A stretch of DNA of 62,841 nucleotides. Source: a virus (taxonomy: Duplodnaviria; Heunggongvirae; Uroviricota; Caudoviricetes). The stretch is from positions 1-62,841 of the IMG/VR virus record IMGVR_UViG_3300045973_000170; one strand, written 5' to 3'. Shown piece by piece: positions 55,872-62,841 of the stretch (position 1 is the first letter of the stretch; each line of letters begins with the position of its first letter). The translations under genes were made by a program, and so were the position numbers. The notes under the pieces are model-generated. The model did no database searches. It worked only from the letters and a program-made list of their open reading frames with translations, and was not told the origin of the DNA.

Positions 55872-56063
55872 TCACCGTAGGCAAGTCGGGGATTCCCCTA
55901 ACTTTTCATCGCACCCCCTACATATGTAGGTAAAAGGTTTGTCCAGAAAATTAGCCAACATGGTCTGGTAAATTGTTCCGATGGATTTTCCGCAGATACG
56001 ACAAAGTCCCCAGACATTATTTCCTGAAGACGAGGTGCGAACGATGGCGGTATTGATTCTCAT
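55872..56063 (-). CDS. Small zinc-finger protein
   Basis: CRIC...ICRGC; has its own promoter cassette. Confidence 0.5.
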   Translation of the reverse strand: MRINTAIVRTSSSGNNVWGLCRICGKSIGTIYQTMLANFLDKPFTYICRGCDEKLGESPTCLR

Positions 56064-56116
56064 GAGGTAAAGGTAATCCCCGGCTCACCGTGAGGCAAGT
56101 CGGGGATTCCCTGAAT

Positions 56117-56275
56117 CTACTTCACGCGCTTCCACGCTCCGGACGGGGTGACGAGGTAGTTCCTGTCGCTGGCCTTGACCACCAGCCCCGGCTCATGCGA
56201 CTCCTTGAAGTCACGCGCCGTGTTGATCCGCATCCACTGACGCTTCTTCTTGGCATCCTTCGTGGTCTTGCCCAT
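56117..56275 (-). CDS. Small basic protein (52 aa; not in the track)
   Basis: MGKTTKDAKKKRQWMRINTARDFKESHEPGLVVKASDRNYLVTPSGAWKRVK. Confidence 0.55.
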   Translation of the reverse strand: MGKTTKDAKKKRQWMRINTARDFKESHEPGLVVKASDRNYLVTPSGAWKRVK

Positions 56276-56358
56276 GGAATTTCACCCCTGTCCAACGTTT
56301 GGGTTTATGTTTCGGTTGACGTTCAGTGCAACGATTGGGGGGCCGTTGGCACTATTCC

Positions 56359-56700
56359 TCAGACGGCACCAATCAGCAGTGCGGCCTTTGCCAGTGCGTA
56401 CTCAGTGTTCGTGATGAACTCCGTGTCCGGAACTTCGAACGTCTTGGCCTCTGCGAGGTTGGCCGCGATCACCGTCACGCACTCCTTCAGCGATTCGATG
56501 GCCTTCTCCTTGGCCTTGGCCTGTTCCGCGTCGATGAAGGGGCCAAGCTCTTCCATCTTGGAACCGCTGGCCATCTTCTCAATGCACTCGTTCATGCACT
56601 TGGTACGGGCATTCTTGTAGTCGGCCATGATGACGGTGACAACGAGTGCCTGAATCGTGTTGCTGGCCTTCAGTTCGCGCATTGATGCCATGGTGTCCAC
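56359..56700 (-). CDS. Hypothetical helical protein
   Basis: 113 aa ORF downstream of a cassette promoter. Confidence 0.65.
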   Translation of the reverse strand: MDTMASMRELKASNTIQALVVTVIMADYKNARTKCMNECIEKMASGSKMEELGPFIDAEQAKAKEKAIESLKECVTVIAANLAEAKTFEVPDTEFITNTEYALAKAALLIGAV

Positions 56701-56927
56701 TCCCTGTGAGACTGTGGTGGTATTGGATCGTGAATGTAATCTATCTCAGGGGGTTAACCCTGTCAGTCAGGATTTCCCTGAACCTTCCATCGTCTTCTTG
56801 CAACAGGGACAATCCATGGATATTGGCGAAAGTACGGTGCCGTCAACAAACGAGACACCCACCACAATGCTGACCATGCAATGAACGCACATGTACACAT
56901 AGTGTGCCGAACTCATGTGCGTTGACA

Positions 56928-57191
56928 TTATCGGGCCTCACCGATACAATAATCTGCCAGCATTCGCAGATCGTTGTAGACTTCGATGAGCTTCTTCTGA
57001 CGCTCCACCATCTGATCCAGAGCCTTCTGGTACGCCTCAGGGGAGAGCGTCTGGTAGTCACGACCATGCACGATTCGTGCCTGAAGGTCGGCGGCATGTT
57101 CCACAGCCTTGGCCGCTTCATAATACTGGCGAGCCAAATCGGTGGCGTCAGCACCATTCAGGTTGATGCCGGGAAACTGAAGATCATCCAT
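56928..57191 (-). CDS. Hypothetical protein
   Basis: INLNG....L..QY..A...HGRDYQ. Confidence 0.65.
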   Translation of the reverse strand: MDDLQFPGINLNGADATDLARQYYEAAKAVEHAADLQARIVHGRDYQTLSPEAYQKALDQMVERQKKLIEVYNDLRMLADYCIGEAR

Positions 57192-57193
57192 GG

Positions 57194-57478
57194 TCAGCCT
57201 TCCATGTTGATGAGATTGTTGGTGCCTTCGAAAAGCATCTGGAACTTGGTGTCAAGCGACTTGTGCTGATCCACGCTGAACGTCTGATCCTCGTCAGCTT
57301 CCAACAGGTTGACGATGGAATCCAGCACCGCCCATGGTGTCACAATGGTGTACAGTGAATCTCCCCACGACACCCAATCGAAATACATGAGGAAATCATC
57401 ACGCTTCTGCAAATCGGAATACCCCACCGCTTTGAGAACTTCGGAGAGGTTGTAGAATGTGACGGTCTTGGCCTTCAT
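57194..57478 (-). CDS. Hypothetical protein
   Basis: 94 aa; downstream of a cassette promoter. Confidence 0.65.
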   Translation of the reverse strand: MKAKTVTFYNLSEVLKAVGYSDLQKRDDFLMYFDWVSWGDSLYTIVTPWAVLDSIVNLLEADEDQTFSVDQHKSLDTKFQMLFEGTNNLINMEG

Positions 57479-57547
57479 TGAAGCCCCCTGAGAGTATGCC
57501 TAAACATATCTCAGGGGGCTTCTCCCGTCAATCAGGGAATCCCTGAA

Positions 57548-57982
57548 CTACAGGAAGCGGCTGATGCTCTTGAAAGTGCTGGCGTTGACGTAATCCTCAT
57601 CCGTCATCTTCAGCATACGGAGCGCGTTCTCAATCTCCGTAATCTGGCTGTCGGGGTTGCCGAAGCGAGGATACTCGAAATCCGGCTTGGGCTGTTCCGG
57701 CACCGCTGACTTCTTGAGGAAGAACGTCAGTTCCACCTTGATCTGACCACGGGGAACCCCGTAGCAATCGGAGTGGGTGGCAACTTCCGAAGCGTCAGCG
57801 TTGTCGGAAATCAGGGTGGTAACCTGCTTGCGCCACTCCACCATCGCCTTCTCATGCGCCTTCTGCTTCTTGGGGATATCCTTGAATTCCTTGACCTTCG
57901 CCTCAAGCGAGGCAATGATCTTCGCCACCGGAACCCGAATGTTGATGCTCGCCACGGTCACGCTCCATGAGTGAGTGTACAC
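57548..57982 (-). CDS. Hypothetical protein (likely GTG start at about 57955)
   Basis: Coherent ORF between two cassettes. Confidence 0.65.
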   Translation of the reverse strand: MYTHSWSVTVASINIRVPVAKIIASLEAKVKEFKDIPKKQKAHEKAMVEWRKQVTTLISDNADASEVATHSDCYGVPRGQIKVELTFFLKKSAVPEQPKPDFEYPRFGNPDSQITEIENALRMLKMTDEDYVNASTFKSISRFL

Positions 57983-58034
57983 CTAATGATAATCATGTCT
58001 CATGGGGCTGTACAGTCGGGGAATCCCTGAAATG

Positions 58035-58367
58035 ATAATGCCCCCCACTCCGTCGAGTGAGAGGCATTCCCATGAGAGTTTGCGCTGGTTATATGTCGGC
58101 TTATCTAGTTTGCCGATTCTACACCTGATCATGGTTCAACTAGTCCCATGAAACGTAGGCTGTGTACCCGCCAACTCTCACTGGTGTTGTCCCTGACGTA
58201 ACCAAGATGTTGTAACATGAGGGTAGGGATCGTTCAGCTATGTAATGCGGGAGGGCTGATTACCTAGGAATCATGCCAACGCGCAACAGGGAAAGTGATA
58301 CAGGATTTGCCGCACAGAGGGAACGAACAGAGCTTGTACTTTCAAAGAGTCCAGCACCAGCTTTATG
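58035..58367 (-). ncRNA. Candidate structured non-coding RNA (about 330 nt), family unknown
   Basis: Has its own promoter (CTGACA-17-TAAACT), no ORF of 60 aa or more, nested helices, two 11-nt loops with complementary CTAGTT/AACTAG, and a terminal G-U-containing hairpin. Confidence 0.55.
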
Positions 58368-58418
58368 TAATGTAGTTTAGCGCATGGTCAGTCTCCTGTC
58401 AGTCAGGCTTTCCCTGAA

Positions 58419-58610
58419 CTAGAGTGGCGTTTCCGATTCGACCAATCTGCCAGTGTAGATGACAATTTGGCCACCGTTGTCGATTTCCACCTGTGCATCC
58501 TGAAGCAGGACACGGAGATTCAGCGGTATTGCCGAAATTGAATAACCTCCCGGCAATCTACCAGCCGCCAGCGCATCCTTGATGATCCTTCGAACGTTGT
58601 CTTTTGTCAT
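58419..58610 (-). CDS. Hypothetical protein
   Basis: 63 aa between two cassettes. Confidence 0.55.
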   Translation of the reverse strand: MTKDNVRRIIKDALAAGRLPGGYSISAIPLNLRVLLQDAQVEIDNGGQIVIYTGRLVESETPL

Positions 58611-58795
58611 GGGAGAAGCTTATCTCAAGGGGTGGCACTGCGTAATCGGGGAATCCCTGAATGTACAATCAGCCCCATGAGAGCGGAAGTCGTGAGACTC
58701 TTCTCAAAGGACTGAAGGGATGGCCCAGAGTTTGTAGCTCCTACCACCGTGAGCATTCAACCTAGCACATGTACCAGACCATGTCAAGGGGTGTG

Positions 58796-59035
58796 TCAGC
58801 GTGACACAATTATGCTCAACGTTTGGGGATTAACCATCAGGCTGGATTGGTACAGTTCTTGCAGTTCCATGGCCTCCCTCTGGCAGTCCATGTGCGAATC
58901 GAACAGTAGGGATTCGTCACATGGCTCCCACGGCTCCCAATCCTCACCACGCTCTTCCACCACTGCCTTGAACAGGCGCACCACTTCGCCACGCACCTTG
59001 GCCAGTGTACTCTTCAGATAGATACGATACTTCAT
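58796..59035 (-). CDS. Hypothetical protein
   Basis: 79 aa with AAGGAGG SD. Confidence 0.65.
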   Translation of the reverse strand: MKYRIYLKSTLAKVRGEVVRLFKAVVEERGEDWEPWEPCDESLLFDSHMDCQREAMELQELYQSSLMVNPQTLSIIVSR

Positions 59036-59454
59036 GCAACCTCCTTCTCATGGGGCTAACCAACAAGTTCGCAATTTCACCAGCGTTCAACGTTTGCGTT
59101 TACGTTTGTGTTTACATCTGTGAATCTCATGGGGCTAATCCGCGCTTGCAACGTTTTCAGCGGTCTGTCCATTGAGTGAAAGCTATCTCATGGGGTGTCA
59201 ACAAACAAGTCAGGCTTTCCCTGATTGTGCGGTGTCCTAAATTGAGGACACTTTAGCGGCGTGTAACCCCTTGAGATAAGTTGTTGGGGCGAAATGATTT
59301 GGATGGGTAATCCCTTGAGAAAGATAAGATGTCCCATTATTAGGACATATGCCTCAAAAAGCCCAAACAGTAATTTCAAGATGAAGTTGTCCAAGCTGTT
59401 GCCTCTCATGGGGCTATAGACGGCCCCACCCCGGAATGTATAGCAAATACTGTC

Positions 59455-59667
59455 CTAATTATGGGAACCTTTTATTACATCTTTCAGGACGATACCATAT
59501 CGGTCATCCCTGAAGAATATCTCCACCACCAGCGGATCAACGTACATCATGGGAAGATTGGTGAGACTCAGAATATCAAGAGCTTCACATGCCGCCCCCT
59601 TCTTTGTCTCATGTTCCTTGGATTGGCAGATGATTACCCCATCCATTTTCACCTTGGCAGTAAACAT
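59455..59667 (-). CDS. Hypothetical protein
   Basis: GAGG SD. Confidence 0.55.
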   Translation of the reverse strand: MFTAKVKMDGVIICQSKEHETKKGAACEALDILSLTNLPMMYVDPLVVEIFFRDDRYGIVLKDVIKGSHN

Positions 59668-59670
59668 GTG

Positions 59671-59877
59671 TTATTCCTCTATGGCACGGATGAGCGTGGA
59701 CAAACATTCCTTTTCCCTTTTCAGCATTTCCTTGATGGCCTTGTCCAATTCCCTCTGGGTTGGGGAATCTTCATGGTTATCCATGTAATGAATATCCCCG
59801 TCAATCTGCTTGATGCGAGCTTGAGCCGTCCGAATCGCATGTTCCGTCCGTTCAGGGAATTCATCACGAAAGGTCAT
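59671..59877 (-). CDS. Hypothetical coiled-coil protein
   Basis: 68 aa. Confidence 0.55.
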   Translation of the reverse strand: MTFRDEFPERTEHAIRTAQARIKQIDGDIHYMDNHEDSPTQRELDKAIKEMLKREKECLSTLIRAIEE

Positions 59878-59977
59878 TCGTTGAAATCTCCCTTACGGTT
59901 GATGGCTTTGGCGATGTGCTTTGCACCCCATTCGATGGACATGCAAATACAGAAGGCACAGATGAAAGTGGTGAGAA

Positions 59978-60202
59978 TCAAAACGAACAACCCTCAATCA
60001 CCTGACTCTTGGTGCATGGCGCATTCCCAAGACGTTCGTTCAGGGCATCCCGCAGAACCCTCAACTGCTCCTGATTGAGAACAACGTTGACGGAAACGCT
60101 GTAGGAATAGACACTCATGGACACCCCACCACCAACATCAGTAACGAAGGTGGCATGGCTGTATTCCTTTTCGCAGGGGCCAGTATTGTGAAGCGTAATC
60201 AT
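59978..60202 (-). CDS. Hypothetical protein
   Basis: AGGAG SD, downstream of a cassette promoter. Confidence 0.6.
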   Translation of the reverse strand: MITLHNTGPCEKEYSHATFVTDVGGGVSMSVYSYSVSVNVVLNQEQLRVLRDALNERLGNAPCTKSQVIEGCSF

Positions 60203-60267
60203 GATGTTCTCCTGTCTTTGGGATATGCCTAATGATAACGGGTGGACTCGCCCCTGTCTGTCAGGGA

Positions 60268-60483
60268 TTACCCTTTATCGTTGTTGAAGTCGATCAGGTA
60301 GGTGTTGGCCCAAATCTCCGTGTGATCCAGAGCCGTAAACGTATCTTCCGTCCACTTGGGGCTGGTCTGAGTGGCCGATCTGAACTGGTGGATGATGCGA
60401 TCTTCCACAGCGTCATAAACCAAACGCTGATCGTTGTTGTTGATCGTCACCTTCCACTTCTCTAATACGAGGATTCTGCTCAT
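60268..60483 (-). CDS. Hypothetical protein
   Basis: ATGA overlap. Confidence 0.55.
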   Translation of the reverse strand: MSRILVLEKWKVTINNNDQRLVYDAVEDRIIHQFRSATQTSPKWTEDTFTALDHTEIWANTYLIDFNNDKG

Positions 60484-60695
60484 GTATTCCTCCTGATTGG
60501 GGTCACGGGTGTCTCTCCCATGAGGATTTCCTTCTGCATCCGGTAGGTGTTCCTGAGGCCATCCAGCCTCACATACTCTTGCAAGTTGCGTACCAACAGG
60601 TTGTCAGCGTAATGATTGGACATACCCGTTTTGATGTTTAGCTCACGGGCATCCAATTGTGCCAGCACCAACGCTTTCCACTGTGCCTTTTTCAT
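60480..60695 (-). CDS. Hypothetical protein
   Basis: ATGA overlap. Confidence 0.55.
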   Translation of the reverse strand: MKKAQWKALVLAQLDARELNIKTGMSNHYADNLLVRNLQEYVRLDGLRNTYRMQKEILMGETPVTPIRRNT

Positions 60696-60874
60696 CGACC
60701 ATCCCTGAGTTTGTTGTGCGTGTCAATCACTGTCTCCGGGCTGAATCCAGCATTCCTCGCCTTCTCAAAAGCGTAGGTACCCATGGATTCGATCAAGAGC
60801 CTGTATTCCTCTTCCGTCAACACCAGCGTATATTCAACCGTGGGCTGAGTGATCGGCCACTTGGTGATCTTCAT
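60692..60874 (-). CDS. Hypothetical protein
   Basis: YTLVLTEEEY motif; AGGAG SD. Confidence 0.6.
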   Translation of the reverse strand: MKITKWPITQPTVEYTLVLTEEEYRLLIESMGTYAFEKARNAGFSPETVIDTHNKLRDGR

Positions 60875-61144
60875 GTTTCATTTCTCCTTGGGCGTATTGT
60901 CCCAACGGGGGTGTGCATATCCCTCACACTCACAGGTATGAAAGATCGTGTAATGATTACACTGAACACAAAATACTTCACCCCGTGTATCTCTCATGGG
61001 AACACTCTGCATCATCTGAAGTTCCTGCACCGTGAATCTCATGGGCGTTTGGTTGGGGCTGAGAAGAGAATTCCCACCCCTAGCACAAGTATGACTGTCA
61101 AGAGAATGGTCACTGTCTTGATGAAGATGAAACCCATGTCATTA

Positions 61145-61459
61145 TCACCCACGGGATTGCACCACAATGCTAAGGTTCACATGACCAACCAGCATGAAAC
61201 AATCACTGGATTGCCACTCATCCCACACACCCATTTCACCTTTGGCGTAATTGTATTTCCACGGATAAGGAATAACAGGAATCTCCCCACCCAAATCCCA
61301 ATTCGGCAGATGAATACCATTATAGGCATGGCCACCCGCATCCGTCATGAAGTACCGATCAAGGATAAGGAACACCTTACCATTCATGGACTCAAGCTTA
61401 CCGTCCACATGATGGTTACCAGCCTTCTCATTGAATCGGATGATATCACCTATTTTCAC
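61145..61459 (-). CDS. Hypothetical protein (GTG start, VKIGDIIRF...)
   Basis: GTGA overlap with the upstream small ORF; the track ORF's N-terminal extension is probably spurious. Confidence 0.5.
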   Translation of the reverse strand: MKIGDIIRFNEKAGNHHVDGKLESMNGKVFLILDRYFMTDAGGHAYNGIHLPNWDLGGEIPVIPYPWKYNYAKGEMGVWDEWQSSDCFMLVGHVNLSIVVQSRG

Positions 61460-61629
61460 TTGACCCTCGCCGTCACCACATCCAGCAACACAAGAATAGC
61501 TGATGCCAGAGTTTTCTGATTGTCCAAAATGCTCTTGAAGGCCGGGGCCGCTTCGTATTCTGAATTCACCAGCGTCACCAGCTTGGTGATTGCTTCTTTC
61601 TGAAACTCGGGCTTGATGATATTGCTCAC
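61456..61629 (-). CDS. Small hypothetical protein (57 aa; not in the track)
   Basis: VSNIIKPEFQKEAITKLVTLVNSEYEAAPAFKSILDNQKTLASAILVLLDVVTARVK; GAGG SD. Confidence 0.5.
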   Translation of the reverse strand: MSNIIKPEFQKEAITKLVTLVNSEYEAAPAFKSILDNQKTLASAILVLLDVVTARVK

Positions 61630-62024
61630 TTGGCCTCATCCTCCAACATGGCCAGTATCAGCCAGAAGGCGTAGTCACGCATGGGGGCGTTTTTGTCGCC
61701 GTAGTAGCCGAACCACGGGGAATTGAACATGATCGGCTCATCCCTGAGATTGGAGTAGAAGTGACGGATTTCGTAGATATCCCCGTTTTCCTTGTCCAAT
61801 GCAATCAGTTCGTTGGGCGTTGGCCGAAAGAGATTCAGCAATTCCTTGAGCTTACCACGTTCCCACTCGGTCAGATTGGGAATGGCGTTGGCGTTGTAGC
61901 CAAATCCATCAGCACCCGTGATATAGCACAGGTAGGCCATGGAGCCTTCGAAATGAAGCGCACCCATTCCTGCCATGTGGTCACGAATCTTGTCTACCAG
62001 CCGCCTCACCAGTACCTTGCTCAC
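61626..62024 (-). CDS. Hypothetical protein
   Basis: AAGGAGG SD, GTG start, downstream of a cassette promoter. Confidence 0.65.
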   Translation of the reverse strand: MSKVLVRRLVDKIRDHMAGMGALHFEGSMAYLCYITGADGFGYNANAIPNLTEWERGKLKELLNLFRPTPNELIALDKENGDIYEIRHFYSNLRDEPIMFNSPWFGYYGDKNAPMRDYAFWLILAMLEDEAK

Positions 62025-62091
62025 GGTGCCTCCTTGAAGTATCCCTGAATCTATCTCAGGGGGATGCTCTTGTCTGTCAGGGTTTCCCTGA

Positions 62092-62445
62092 TTATGAGAA
62101 CAGCTTCTTCAAACGCTGAACGTATGCCACCTTCTCACGAACATCCTTCAACGTCAGCCGATTGACGTAGGGAAACTGGTAGGCATCGCCCAAAGGCAGA
62201 TGAATCAGTCTCAGGGGCTTTTCGCAGAGGACAAGATATCTGGCCTTGCCGTCAGCCACCCCAAACTGAATTTCCTCACCACAAATTGAGGAAGTTTTAT
62301 TCGACGGATTACCCCATTTACGGCAGAACACAGCCACTTTCTCCACCCACGCATCTTCTCGCTTGAACAATTCCTGAATGTTCATGTCCGACTCGTACTG
62401 AGGCGGCTCACCAACTTCTTCAGGGGGTAGGAAAATCTTGGCCAT
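62092..62445 (-). CDS. Hypothetical protein
   Basis: FGVADGKA.Y.V; downstream of a cassette promoter. Confidence 0.7.
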   Translation of the reverse strand: MAKIFLPPEEVGEPPQYESDMNIQELFKREDAWVEKVAVFCRKWGNPSNKTSSICGEEIQFGVADGKARYLVLCEKPLRLIHLPLGDAYQFPYVNRLTLKDVREKVAYVQRLKKLFS

Positions 62446-62479
62446 GATGTATCTCCGTTGAGGTATGCCTAATGATAAC

Positions 62480-62686
62480 TTATGGGGTGTAATGGTTGCA
62501 ATCAGGCTTTCCCTGATCTTCTGTTACTGCATCCACTACATTATCCAATGCGTACTGAATCATCTCATCGTCACGAAACTGTTCAGGTGACCAATACGCA
62601 GTTGTTTCCTTCCATGCGGCCATGGCCTTCTCGTACTTGGAATCAGCCATAGATATCTTCCCAGATACCACGCGCCACCATTCCAA
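62480..62686 (-). CDS. Hypothetical protein
   Basis: 68 aa (probably starts at MADSK). Confidence 0.45.
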   Translation of the reverse strand: MEWWRVVSGKISMADSKYEKAMAAWKETTAYWSPEQFRDDEMIQYALDNVVDAVTEDQGKPDCNHYTP

Positions 62687-62840
62687 AGGCGTAGACCATT
62701 ACACCAATACCAGCCATAATGATCAATCCCCTGAGGAATGCCAAGTTGATGATGAGTGCAATCAATCCAGCGAACGCACCCACAAATCCAATGCCAAACG
62801 CCATCGTCTTGATGAAATTTCTCACTTGACCTCCTTCCAC
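62643..62840 (-). CDS. Small two-TM membrane protein at the window edge
   Basis: Hydrophobic helices. Confidence 0.55.
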   Translation of the reverse strand: MEGGQVRNFIKTMAFGIGFVGAFAGLIALIINLAFLRGLIIMAGIGVMVYAFGMVARGIWEDIYG

Positions 62841-62841
62841 T

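Larger units (their letters stand above)
55406..62516 (-). promoter_or_regulatory. Dispersed family of palindrome + sigma70 promoter cassettes
   Basis: TC(A/G)GG(G/C/A)-W3-CCCTGA-like 15-mers at 55406, 55886, 56100, 56767, 57532, 58016, 58403, 58646, 59210, 60261, 62077 and 62502; most are followed on the minus strand by a -35, 17-18 nt, and TA-N3-T. Confidence 0.8.

Noticed and set aside
58080-58360. RNase P RNA on the + strand (CGGCTTAT and GCAACAG-like strings)
   Set aside because: The conserved elements are in the wrong order, GAGGAAAGTCC is absent, and promoter and G-U evidence point to the minus strand.
60659-61519. Long + strand ORFs in the early region (286 aa here; also 59461..60078, 54434..54970 and 56090..56620)
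   Set aside because: They overlap chains of SD-bearing, promoter-linked minus-strand genes and show no recognisable motifs.
1-62841. Stop-codon reassignment
   Set aside because: Core genes are full length in the standard code, and TAA, TAG and TGA all end genes.

Overview
A 62.8 kb segment of a large T4-like (contractile-tailed) dsDNA phage, read in the standard genetic code. It has four parts. (1) 1-30.3 kb, minus strand: late structural genes (fibres, DUF4815 protein, baseplate gp8/gp7/gp6/gp25/gp5/hub/gp53/gp48) under TATAAATA late promoters. These include a six-gene glycosyl-/methyltransferase cluster with two GT60-like (Skp1/mucin-type GlcNAc-transferase) paralogs, and three proteins carrying mucin-like Thr-Pro-Ser tracts. 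(2) 30.3-35.6 kb, plus strand: gp4, gp2, gp54/gp19-like, gp26, gp51 (probably reached by a -1 frameshift) and a tape-measure-like gene. (3) 35.6-44.7 kb, minus strand: gp32, gp59, dCMP deaminase, gp33, SleB-type hydrolase, a circularly permuted two-piece tmRNA, an HNH protein, PhoH, GuaC, DsbA and PurA. (4) 44.8-62.8 kb: accessory/early region. A plus-strand arm (MazG-like, RtcB, macrodomain, small membrane proteins, ASCH) converges on a minus-strand arm. That arm is built from repeated palindrome+sigma70-promoter cassettes and contains a palindrome-dense non-coding array and a candidate ~330 nt structured ncRNA. Product calls come from motifs recognised by eye and from gene order. No database search or folding program was run.
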